Source of the DNA: a virus
Direction: 5' to 3' (one strand)
DNA length: 64,000 nt
Virus record (IMG/VR): IMGVR_UViG_3300042691_015660
Shown here: piece after piece, positions 55,550-64,000 of the stretch
Numbering within the stretch: the stretch's first letter is position 1
Layout: the number at the start of each line of letters is the position of its first letter
Made by a program: the position numbers and the translations under genes
Notes under the pieces: generated by a model
What the model was told of the DNA's origin: nothing
The model's input: the letters and a program-made list of their open reading frames with translations, nothing else
Databases searched by the model: none

Positions 55550-56638
55550 ATGTTGGAAGCACTAAAAACTTTATTTGAAAACAATGTGATTTCTGAAGAG
55601 ATCAAAGCCGACATTGAAAAGGCTTGGGATGCGAGAATTACAGAAAATCGCACTCAAGTTACACAACAACTACGCGAAGAATTCGCTCAACGCTACGAGC
55701 ATGACAAACAAGTTATGGTAGAAGCTATTGATCGTATGCTGAACGACCGTTTAGCAGAAGAAATCGTTGAGTTTGTGGAAGATCGTAAGCAGCTTGCTGA
55801 ACAAAAGGCAAGATATGCTGTAGCAATGAGACAAAATGCTGGTCTAATGAAAGAGTTTGTAACTCGTCAATTAGCAGCAGAAGTCCGTGAGTTACATGAA
55901 GATCAAGTACAAATGGCTCAAAAGTTTAAAACTCTTGAACGTTTTGTTGTAGAGGCTTTAGCTCAAGAAATCGCAGAGTTCCATACAGATAAAAAAGATA
56001 TCGCAGAAACAAAAGTACGTTTAGTTCGTGAAGGTCGTCAAGCATTGACCTTAATGAAAGAGAAGTTTATTAAACGTGCAGCTCAGTTAGTTGAACATAC
56101 AGTTGAACAAACTCTTACTAAAGAAATTGGACAACTAAAAGAAGATATTGAATTAGCAAGACGTAACGACTTCGGTCGTAAGTTATTTGAAGCGTTTTCT
56201 AGTGAGTATCAGAACAGCTATCTAAGCGAAAAATCAGAAACAGCCAAATTGCTCAAGGTCATAGACATGAAGGAATTAGAAGTTGCTGCTGCTAAAAACG
56301 CTGTAGCAGAAGCACGCCTAATCGCAGAAAGCAAGGACGCAGAAGTTAAAATGATAAAAGAGAGTGTAGAACGTAAAGCAATTATTGATGAATTAGTAGG
56401 ACCGTTGGCCAATGGCCAAAAGGCTATTATGACAGAATTGCTTGAAAGTGTACATACAACTAAGTTACGTAGTAACTTTGAAAAGTACTTACCAGCAGTT
56501 ATCGCTGGCGAAGCTCCGCAGAAGAAAAAGGCACTAGTAGAGGCAAAAGAAATTACAGGCAATAAACAAACCAACAGCGTAAGTAGCAGCGAAAGCGATA
56601 GTAATATTTTTGATATTCGTCGTTTAGCTGGAATTTAA
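55550..56638 (+). CDS. gp22: Prohead scaffold protein
   Basis: Coiled-coil Glu/Lys-rich protein between the protease and the major capsid gene. Confidence 0.75.
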   Translation: MLEALKTLFENNVISEEIKADIEKAWDARITENRTQVTQQLREEFAQRYEHDKQVMVEAIDRMLNDRLAEEIVEFVEDRKQLAEQKARYAVAMRQNAGLMKEFVTRQLAAEVRELHEDQVQMAQKFKTLERFVVEALAQEIAEFHTDKKDIAETKVRLVREGRQALTLMKEKFIKRAAQLVEHTVEQTLTKEIGQLKEDIELARRNDFGRKLFEAFSSEYQNSYLSEKSETAKLLKVIDMKELEVAAAKNAVAEARLIAESKDAEVKMIKESVERKAIIDELVGPLANGQKAIMTELLESVHTTKLRSNFEKYLPAVIAGEAPQKKKALVEAKEITGNKQTNSVSSSESDSNIFDIRRLAGI

Positions 56639-56660
56639 ACATTAATTAGGAGAAAAAATA

Positions 56661-57830
56661 ATGTCAGAACTACTAACAAGCCGTTGGGCAGAAACAAAAG
56701 AAGCCCTATTAGAAGGCTTACAAGGCACAAAGAAATCTGTAATGGCATCTACTCTAGAGAATACACGTAAGTATCTCGCAGAGAATGCTTCAGGTGGTGC
56801 TACTTCTGCCGGCAACGTCGCAACATTAAACCGCGTGATTCTACCAGTAATCCGCCGTGTTATGCCAACCGTTATTGCTAACGAGTTAGTTGGTGTACAA
56901 CCAATGACTGGCCCAGTAGGTCAAATCCATACACTACGTGTTCGTTATGCAGATACCTTAAGTGGTACATACGGAGCGAATGCTGGTGTAGAAGCATTAA
57001 GTCCATTTAAGATTGCAGAAGGTTATTCTGCTAATGACGGCGCTGCTTTCACAGCCGCATCAACAGCAACTCTAGAAGGTGCTGCTGGTAAGCGTTTAAG
57101 CATCCAGATCTTAAAGCAAACTGTCGAAGCTAAGACACGTAAGCTAAGTGCTCGTTGGACATTTGAAGCTGCTCAAGATGCACAAGCTCAACAAGGCATT
57201 GACATCGAAGCAGAAATCATGGCTGCTCTAGCACAAGAAATTACAGCTGAAATCGATCAAGAGATCCTATTATCCCTTGCTACATTAGCTGGTACACAAA
57301 ACCAAGAAGCATTTGACCAAACTGCTGTAAGCGGTACTGCTACATTCGTTGGTGATGAACACGCTGCTCTAGCTGTTCAAATTAACCGTGTTGCTAATAG
57401 AATCGCCCAGCGTACACGTCGTGGCGCAGGTAACTGGGCAGTTGTTAGCCCAACAGTACTAACAGTACTACAAAGTGCAACAACTTCTGCTTTCGCAAGA
57501 ACAACAGAAGGTACTTTCGAAGCACCTACAAACACCAAGTTCGTTGGTACATTGAACAGTGCGATGAAAGTGTATGTTAACACATACGCTCAAAACGACA
57601 CAGTACTTGTTGGCTATAAAGGTACAAGTGAGAGTGATGCGGCTGCTTTCTATTGCCCATACATTCCATTAATGAGCAGCGGTGTTGTTCTTGATCCATC
57701 AACATTCGAACCAGTCGTAAGCTTTATGACACGTTACGGATATGTTGAATTAAGCAATACAGCAAGCTCGCTAGGTAACGCAGCTGACTACTTAGGAACT
57801 GTTACAACAACAGGTCTAACATTCAGCTAA
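56661..57830 (+). CDS. gp23: Major capsid protein
   Basis: IRRVMP..IA.ELVGVQPMTGP.GQI..LR, VEAKTRKL.A.WT.E.AQD, IAQRTRRGAGN, VGYKG....DA..FYCPYIPL and F.P...FMTRYG. Confidence 0.96.
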   Translation: MSELLTSRWAETKEALLEGLQGTKKSVMASTLENTRKYLAENASGGATSAGNVATLNRVILPVIRRVMPTVIANELVGVQPMTGPVGQIHTLRVRYADTLSGTYGANAGVEALSPFKIAEGYSANDGAAFTAASTATLEGAAGKRLSIQILKQTVEAKTRKLSARWTFEAAQDAQAQQGIDIEAEIMAALAQEITAEIDQEILLSLATLAGTQNQEAFDQTAVSGTATFVGDEHAALAVQINRVANRIAQRTRRGAGNWAVVSPTVLTVLQSATTSAFARTTEGTFEAPTNTKFVGTLNSAMKVYVNTYAQNDTVLVGYKGTSESDAAAFYCPYIPLMSSGVVLDPSTFEPVVSFMTRYGYVELSNTASSLGNAADYLGTVTTTGLTFS

Positions 57831-57860
57831 TCAAAAAACTTAAAAAAGTTTTTTAATTTT

Positions 57861-57890
57861 AGAAAGGACTCTTCGGGGTCCTTTCTTTTT
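57861..57890 (+). terminator. Rho-independent terminator after the major capsid gene
   Basis: AGAAAGGACTC-TTCG-GGGTCCTTTCT followed by a T run, with a C(UUCG)G tetraloop. Confidence 0.9.
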
Positions 57891-57891
57891 A

Positions 57892-57899
57892 TATAAATA
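57892..57899 (+). promoter_or_regulatory. T4-type late promoter TATAAATA
   Basis: Exact consensus immediately after the terminator. Confidence 0.7.
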
Positions 57900-57904
57900 C
57901 TATG

Positions 57905-57945
57905 TCTAGATGATTTATGCGGCACCCACCGCGTAGGAGCCTAGA
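57905..57945 (+). promoter_or_regulatory. Structured 5' leader (putative cis-regulatory RNA)
   Basis: Outer stem TCTAG/CTAGA encloses inner stem TATGCGG/CCGCGTA, upstream of an AAGGAG ribosome-binding site. Confidence 0.45.
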
Positions 57946-57968
57946 ACGCTCATTCAAAGGAGAAACAA

Positions 57969-58352
57969 ATGGGACGTCCAGTCAACAAACGCTGGTTCGG
58001 TACTACAGGAACAGGTACCGGTACTGGTTTATTCACAGGTAATAATTTACCAATTAGATTCAAATTAGGTGGTGTTGTTTATGAAGGTTACATTCTAAAA
58101 CAAGTTGGTTCTAGCCGTTATAAAGTAAGTACTGATGATGGCACCACAGCAGTTGGTCGAGCAGTGCTAACAAATGCGATTACGCCAGCTAGTAACGGAG
58201 ATGCTTCGCTAGTTGGATTATATAACGGACAAGCAGTTCCGATCCGTAGATTGTACCAACACAGAGCCAAAGATTATACAGGTCGCTATTTCAAATGGAA
58301 CCTAAGTGACGATTCAACAGAAACGTTATTAATCTTGACATTAATTAGCTAA
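57969..58352 (+). CDS. Virion protein (possible head decoration)
   Basis: MGRPVNKRWFG and GYILKQVGSSRYKV. Has its own late promoter and a strong ribosome-binding site, and follows the capsid gene. Confidence 0.55.
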   Translation: MGRPVNKRWFGTTGTGTGTGLFTGNNLPIRFKLGGVVYEGYILKQVGSSRYKVSTDDGTTAVGRAVLTNAITPASNGDASLVGLYNGQAVPIRRLYQHRAKDYTGRYFKWNLSDDSTETLLILTLIS

Positions 58353-58361
58353 GAGATATAA

Positions 58362-59426
58362 ATGGCCATTAAAGGTAATAAAGTTGTAAGAGTCAGTGAA
58401 GGCAATTACAAAGTTAAAGTTCAAGACGGCGGAACAATTACGCTAGACACCGGAGTAGAGCAAGGTACAGTTTACGTAACTGGTAGTCTTGTAGTTGACG
58501 GCCAACTTACTTACCTTAATGTTCAAGATCTTCAAGTTGAAGATAATTTAATTATTCTCAACAGAGATGATTTATTAGGGTCAACTGTTACTAAACCTGA
58601 TCCTGAATATGGCGGCGCTGGCGTTTCTGGAATAAGAATTATCAGAGGCGCTGGCGACGAAGCCGAACTAGTATGGCATGAAATAAATCATTACAATCCT
58701 GCTACTGATAGTTCAATACAGGGACTTTGGAGCTTTAGAGTACGTACTCCTGGTAGTCCGTCGCTAGCCGGAATTAGAACTAATCAAATTGATACTAATG
58801 GCGGAATTCTTGGACTTATCAATACAGGTAACGGGTATGTTACTGTAAGAGGAACTACTAACTACGAACGACAGATATTATCTTATACAGATACAGTAGG
58901 GTATGATCCTACTCTGGGTGTTAGTATTATCGACGACGATAGAATTCCAAATATTAAAGCAATTAGTGATTTTACTGCTTACAGTCTAGCAGTATTCACT
59001 GCTAAACGATTTGGTAGTTTTGATACTATAGGTGAAGGATTTGATACTGCTAACGGAGATGCTGTTAGTCAGTTAGAATTTAAAGTAGATAATGTACTTG
59101 AAGTAGTAATCGACAGTGCTGGTTTGTTAGCTAATAATGTTAGAATTGGTGGCAATACTATCAATACTACATCAAATGCTTTAACATTAACAGCTAATAA
59201 CGGGCTGATTCAAGTAGCTGGTTACTTAACATTAATAGATCAAGGCAGCGATCCCGCACTCTTAGGTGGCGCCACAAAACTTTATACTAAAACCACAGTA
59301 GGTGGCGGCGACACAGGAATTTATTACGTGAATAGTAGAACAGATACAGATGGCTCTACTGTAATCACAATGACAGAAGAATTAATAAGTAGAAAAAGAG
59401 CATTACTTTTAAGTTTTATATTTTAA
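58362..59426 (+). CDS. Virion structural protein (fibre-like)
   Basis: VTGSLVVDG...VEDNLIILN module also seen in 8025..9887. C-terminal ELISRKRALLLSFIF. Confidence 0.6.
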   Translation: MAIKGNKVVRVSEGNYKVKVQDGGTITLDTGVEQGTVYVTGSLVVDGQLTYLNVQDLQVEDNLIILNRDDLLGSTVTKPDPEYGGAGVSGIRIIRGAGDEAELVWHEINHYNPATDSSIQGLWSFRVRTPGSPSLAGIRTNQIDTNGGILGLINTGNGYVTVRGTTNYERQILSYTDTVGYDPTLGVSIIDDDRIPNIKAISDFTAYSLAVFTAKRFGSFDTIGEGFDTANGDAVSQLEFKVDNVLEVVIDSAGLLANNVRIGGNTINTTSNALTLTANNGLIQVAGYLTLIDQGSDPALLGGATKLYTKTTVGGGDTGIYYVNSRTDTDGSTVITMTEELISRKRALLLSFIF

Positions 59427-59435
59427 GGAATTATA

Positions 59436-59768
59436 ATGGCTATCCAAAGCACCGCGATCGGCACAGGCAATACAGACTTATATATTAGCAGCGGCAATAC
59501 CGCAGTAACATGTATTTGGGTTTGTAATACTGCTACGTATAATCCTCTAGATCCCACAAACGGTTCAACTTATCTTGATTTACATTTTGTTAAACAAGGA
59601 CAAGGTGTTAGTAACACTAATTTAATTGTTAATCAATTACCGGTACCCGCAGGAGAGACTGTAACGTTTGACACTGAAAAAATTATTTTAGATAACGGGG
59701 ACAGAGTAGTAGCGAATTCCGCTTCGCCAGCAAATCTAGTAGCAACTATCAGTGTGATCAGTGTATAA
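59436..59768 (+). CDS. Small virion structural protein
   Basis: Beta-rich 110-aa protein with VPAGETVTFD.EKIILDNGD. Confidence 0.55.
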   Translation: MAIQSTAIGTGNTDLYISSGNTAVTCIWVCNTATYNPLDPTNGSTYLDLHFVKQGQGVSNTNLIVNQLPVPAGETVTFDTEKIILDNGDRVVANSASPANLVATISVISV

Positions 59769-60325
59769 TGAAATATTTAAGAAGAACACATTTAAATTCA
59801 AAAACAGTTACAGGTCGTAACAGTGTATATATAGATATTGGCGGAGAAGTTGTTGTCGATTCTCCGTATAGCCTTCTATTACCCCGAGGCGACAACGAAC
59901 ATCAAAGCCCAGATGATAGTACAGCACCATCTTATGTAAACGGTATGATACGTTACAATACAGAGACAAATGAGTTTGAAGGATATCAAGCAGGTGCTTG
60001 GCGTAGTTTCAGATTTAAAGAACCTGGTAAAATGGACATTCATACTATTGGAACAGGTAATGCTGTAGAAACAAAATTTGCTCTTCCTTTTAATCCATTT
60101 GTGCTAACTCCGCAGAGCGGCATGCTGTGGAATGATAATCAAATAGCTAAAAATCTTATTGTTGTAGTAGAAAACGTTTTTCAAATAGCAAACGTTAACT
60201 ACGTAGTGGAACAAAATCCTAGCACTGGGCCAGGGGCACCATACCTAGCTGGTGTATACATTTCATTCGGAACTGCTGTTCCAACATCAAAACCTATCTA
60301 CGTGTTGACCGGATTCGACCAGTAA
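59768..60325 (+). CDS. Virion structural protein
   Basis: GMIRYNTETNEFEGY fibre motif followed by a GxG..T.F.L...V.VENVFQ module. Confidence 0.6.
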   Translation: MKYLRRTHLNSKTVTGRNSVYIDIGGEVVVDSPYSLLLPRGDNEHQSPDDSTAPSYVNGMIRYNTETNEFEGYQAGAWRSFRFKEPGKMDIHTIGTGNAVETKFALPFNPFVLTPQSGMLWNDNQIAKNLIVVVENVFQIANVNYVVEQNPSTGPGAPYLAGVYISFGTAVPTSKPIYVLTGFDQ

Positions 60326-60357
60326 TTTTACCAATAAATACTGTATAGGAGCGTACT

Positions 60358-63300
60358 ATGTCTAATACAGTAGGTAAAATAAGCGGTCAAATGTTGGAGT
60401 CTAATCTTCTAAGAGAAGGCGTAGATCTTGCTTTTGATTCAGATTTACTGTATCTTAATACTAGTTCTAAACGTATAGGTATTAATAACAGTACTCCTTT
60501 TAGAACACTATTAATAGATAATGATTTATTAACAAATGACTTGATTGTTGATAATTCATTTACCTTAGAAGATTTATCATTTACCGGAAATACACTCAGT
60601 AGTTCTAGTAACATTTATTTGTATGCTAGCGGTCCATCTCCCACAATTACCACTAAAAGATTAGACACTGCTAATTTGTACATAGACGGCAATTCAATAG
60701 TTAGCAAAACAATAAACAGCGATATTAATCTAATTCCAGCAGGCTCTGGAAATATACTATTTGATGCAGACGTAGAAATTAACGGTAGTTTACACGCTAC
60801 AGGTGATGTAACATTTGATGGTAATTTAGTCATTGGTAGCGACAATAACGACAATGTAAGTTTTGCTGCTGAGCTAGCTAGTGATATTGTTCCTGACCTT
60901 AATAATTTTTACGATATAGGAACTTCAAGCAAAAGATTTTCAGATATATTTACATATTTGATCAATGGTACAAACTACGCCGCTGGCGGCAGCACAGTAG
61001 CTGGCATTGATTTAGGATTAAGGGCAGGCAACACATGGTATGTGGCAACAAATGGCAATAATAGCAACGTTGGTGATCATCCTAACGGCCCTTTTGCTAC
61101 AATCGAATGGGCTTTAAGTCAAGCTACATTTGGAGATACAATTTTAATTTATCCTGGAACCTATGTAGAATTATTTCCATTAGTAATCCCAGCAGGTGTG
61201 ACAATACGAGGATCTAGTATACGAGATGTTAAAATTGTTCCTGATACTGCTAGTACACACGAAGATGTTTTTAAGTTAAATGATCAAACTACAGTAGAAG
61301 ATTTAACAATTGCTGACTTTTATTATGATTCAGGATTAGATAAAGGATACGCTTTTAGTTTTGCCCCAAATATAAACGTAGTAAAAAGAAGTCCTTACAT
61401 AAGAAATATCAGTGTTATTACTAAAGGTAGTGTTATTAGCGGAACTGATCCATTAGGATACGATCAAGCCGACGCTGGCCGCGGAGCAAAAATAGATGGA
61501 GCATCAGCTAATGCTAGTAGTAATGAAGCTACTATGTTATTTCATAGTGCCACTTTTATTACTCCGGGAGTAGATTGTATCGTAATGAAAAATGGCGTAA
61601 GGGTAGAATGGTTGAATTGTTTTATCTATTACGCATATAAAGGATTGTATGCTGAGAATGGATCTTTAGGATTTGCTGGTCTTGGATTAAAATACGGAGC
61701 AGAGGTTCGCAGTATTGGCAGTGCTAATGTCTATGGTATGTTTGGTGCCTGGGCGGATGGTAATGATACATTAATATACCTAATTACACATAATTTTGGC
61801 TACATTGGATCTGGAAAAAGTAATAACAACGACCCAACAAATGTAATCCAAGCAAATGAAGTTGTAGAATTAAACAGTGGAACAATATATTATCAAAGTG
61901 TAGATCATAAAGGTAATTTTAGAATAGGTGATCTTTTAAAAATAGAAGGTTCTACTGGTAAAATTATTTTAGATTCTATTACAAATACTAGTACAAACTT
62001 AAATGTAACTGATGGAACAAATACATCTTATATTGATGCTTTTGAAGTTACTACGGGTAACATAACTATAAACGGAAATACTATTCAGAGCAATAGCGGA
62101 AATTTAAATTTTTTGACTAGTAATACTCTTTTAGATTTAACCTCTAATATTGTAAGTACAAAATCTTTAATTTTAAATGGAACAGTAAGTTTAAAAAAGA
62201 ATTTGATACTAGGAAATAATAGTTCAGATACTACGGGATTCGTATCTCAACTTACTAAAAATTTTTTACCGTTAGATAGTTCATATACATTAGGAAGTAG
62301 TTCGATACCTTTTAGAAATTTATACGCAGCCAATCTTGATTTTGGATCAATACTAATAGATACAAATGTTATTACTACTACTGTGAGCAATAGTGATTTA
62401 GAACTAGCAGCACATGGATTAGGCGTAGTAAGAGCAGGCGATTCATTAATGCTAGATCAAAATTTAGTTGTAACAGGATCAAGCCAGTTCACAAATTTAA
62501 CTGCTAATATTTTTACTACAACAAGCAATAGCCCACTTGTAATAACAAATTTAATTGCTCCTGAATTTGATAATGGAGATATAAAGATACAAGGAAATGT
62601 AATTAAAACTACATTATCAAATAGTAATTTAGAACTAAGAGCTAACAGTTCTGCTGGTATAATTGTAGATCAAACACTACAAATTACAAATTCTACAATC
62701 AGTAATATCTTGAATTCCGGCAGTGAAGTAGATAGATCTATCAATATTACTCCTTATTCTAATCAAATATTAAAGTTAAATTCGACTAATGCTGTTAGGA
62801 TTCCTGTTGGTAATAATACTACTAGAACATTGATCACTACTGGAGAAATACGATTTAATAATCTTAGTTCAACTTTTCAATCAAGAATATCCGGAACAAC
62901 AAAAACACTACATGGATTATTTGACGCAGACTTAAACACCAGCCTAACAGCCGAGTCTAGTCCAGGTGCTAATGATAATATAATTAGAATGACTATTAAC
63001 GGCACTGTTCAAGGTACTATTAATAGTCAAGCAGCAACTTTTCAAAAAGTTAGAATTGATGAAATCGAAATAGATAGTAATAAAATAAGGACAACTAATT
63101 CAAATTCTGACATTCAATTAGATACGAGCGGTACTGGAGTAGTAAACGTTAAAAATAGTATTCATCTTTCTAATAATATTTTGAAAAATGCCGGATCTAA
63201 TGCTATAACTTCTATTATTTCTACCGGTGGTGGTTATGTAAGATTTGCAGGTGATGGCGCCGTAGGAATACCAATTGGAGATACATCTCAACAACCCGTG

Positions 63301-63456
63301 GGTGTACCTACTGGAGGAATCAGAATAAACACAGATACTAATACAGGAGAAGTATTTGATGGTACTACATTTATTCCTATGGTGGGTAATTTTAGTGGAA
63401 TAACAGCGGCACAAATGGATGAAATTACTAACCTATGGATTTTGCTTATGGGGTAG
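60358..63456 (+). CDS. Large fibre/spike protein with a pectin-lyase-like beta-helix segment
   Basis: WYVATNG.NSN.G...NGPFATIEWAL..A..GDTILIYPGTY.E..P..IP.GVTIRG beta-helix cap. Repeated IDxNxIxTxxSNSDxxL units. Confidence 0.65.
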   Translation: MSNTVGKISGQMLESNLLREGVDLAFDSDLLYLNTSSKRIGINNSTPFRTLLIDNDLLTNDLIVDNSFTLEDLSFTGNTLSSSSNIYLYASGPSPTITTKRLDTANLYIDGNSIVSKTINSDINLIPAGSGNILFDADVEINGSLHATGDVTFDGNLVIGSDNNDNVSFAAELASDIVPDLNNFYDIGTSSKRFSDIFTYLINGTNYAAGGSTVAGIDLGLRAGNTWYVATNGNNSNVGDHPNGPFATIEWALSQATFGDTILIYPGTYVELFPLVIPAGVTIRGSSIRDVKIVPDTASTHEDVFKLNDQTTVEDLTIADFYYDSGLDKGYAFSFAPNINVVKRSPYIRNISVITKGSVISGTDPLGYDQADAGRGAKIDGASANASSNEATMLFHSATFITPGVDCIVMKNGVRVEWLNCFIYYAYKGLYAENGSLGFAGLGLKYGAEVRSIGSANVYGMFGAWADGNDTLIYLITHNFGYIGSGKSNNNDPTNVIQANEVVELNSGTIYYQSVDHKGNFRIGDLLKIEGSTGKIILDSITNTSTNLNVTDGTNTSYIDAFEVTTGNITINGNTIQSNSGNLNFLTSNTLLDLTSNIVSTKSLILNGTVSLKKNLILGNNSSDTTGFVSQLTKNFLPLDSSYTLGSSSIPFRNLYAANLDFGSILIDTNVITTTVSNSDLELAAHGLGVVRAGDSLMLDQNLVVTGSSQFTNLTANIFTTTSNSPLVITNLIAPEFDNGDIKIQGNVIKTTLSNSNLELRANSSAGIIVDQTLQITNSTISNILNSGSEVDRSINITPYSNQILKLNSTNAVRIPVGNNTTRTLITTGEIRFNNLSSTFQSRISGTTKTLHGLFDADLNTSLTAESSPGANDNIIRMTINGTVQGTINSQAATFQKVRIDEIEIDSNKIRTTNSNSDIQLDTSGTGVVNVKNSIHLSNNILKNAGSNAITSIISTGGGYVRFAGDGAVGIPIGDTSQQPVGVPTGGIRINTDTNTGEVFDGTTFIPMVGNFSGITAAQMDEITNLWILLMG

Positions 63457-63484
63457 CAATAAATATAAAAAACGGTGAAAAAAT

Positions 63485-64000
63485 ATGGCCAGTAATGTAG
63501 GTAAAATTTCAGGACAAATGCTCAGGGACGACCTGCTTCGCAACGGCGTTGACCTAGCGTTCGAAACAGATTTAATTTACCTTGATGTAAATTCAAGAAA
63601 GGTTGGAATTAAAACAACCAATCCTAGCCACGACTTAACAGTTAACGGCACTACTAGAACCACAGTGCTAGAAGTTTTAAATTCCGCTAGTATAGACGAT
63701 ATAGTCCTAGATAATAATCAAATCTATAGCACAACTGGAGTATTAAATCTAAGCCCTACTGTGGGCGGACAAGTTGTGTATCAAAGTAAGTTATTAATAG
63801 ATGATATACAGATACAAGGCAATCAAATAGCTACAGTTAATTCCAATGCAGATTTAAATCTAACTACTTCTGGTACAGGTAAAATTAATCTAAATGGTGA
63901 CACAGAAGTCATTGGAAATTTACACGCAACTGGAACAATTACAGCAGACGGTAATTTACAATTAGGAAATTCAGATACCGATAGTATTACTTTTAATGCC
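63485..64000 (+). CDS. Paralog of 60358..63456 (partial, runs off the window end)
   Basis: MASNVGKISGQMLRDDLLRNGVDLAFETDLIYL matches MSNTVGKISGQMLESNLLREGVDLAFDSDLLYL. Confidence 0.75.
   Translation, partial: MASNVGKISGQMLRDDLLRNGVDLAFETDLIYLDVNSRKVGIKTTNPSHDLTVNGTTRTTVLEVLNSASIDDIVLDNNQIYSTTGVLNLSPTVGGQVVYQSKLLIDDIQIQGNQIATVNSNADLNLTTSGTGKINLNGDTEVIGNLHATGTITADGNLQLGNSDTDSITFNA

Noticed and set aside
42703-63414. Short minus-strand and alternative-frame ORFs inside gp47, gp46, tape-measure, portal, scaffold, capsid and fibre genes
   Set aside because: They lie within well-supported genes and have no independent evidence.
1-64000. Stop-codon reassignment, as in some large phages
   Set aside because: Conserved genes are full length in code 11, and TAA, TGA and TAG all end genes at sensible positions.

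Overview
This is a 64 kb AT-rich segment of a large T4-superfamily-related myovirus genome, read in the standard genetic code. The minus strand (about 1-41.7 kb) carries the baseplate and tail-fibre block: tube-initiator-like, gp53-, hub-, gp5-, gp25- and gp6-like genes, a 5417-aa giant baseplate/fibre protein and several paralogous fibres. A tightly coupled glycosyltransferase/methyltransferase cluster follows it. The plus strand (41.7-64 kb) carries a gp55-like late sigma factor, gp47/gp46 (Mre11/Rad50), a small basic protein and a minimal GIY-YIG nuclease. Next come a ~440-nt GC-rich, densely base-paired non-coding region, a putative internal head protein, a minus-strand gp26-like gene, a tape-measure-like gene, the head module (gp20, gp21, gp22, gp23) and further virion genes. 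The most notable observations are: (1) a candidate large structured ncRNA directly behind the GIY-YIG gene; (2) a canonical -1 slippery site fusing the gp26-like ORF to an unlisted downstream ORF, in the manner of lambda G/GT; (3) a bipartite promoter motif, AA(A/C)TACGCAC-N14-TAAATA, present three times, plus apparently leaderless late genes; (4) a possible virion-glycosylation system; (5) nested domain insertions and a degenerate YHYH domain in the giant protein. No tRNA, rRNA, CRISPR array, integrase or transposase was seen. All homology calls come from motif recognition by eye, not from database searches.
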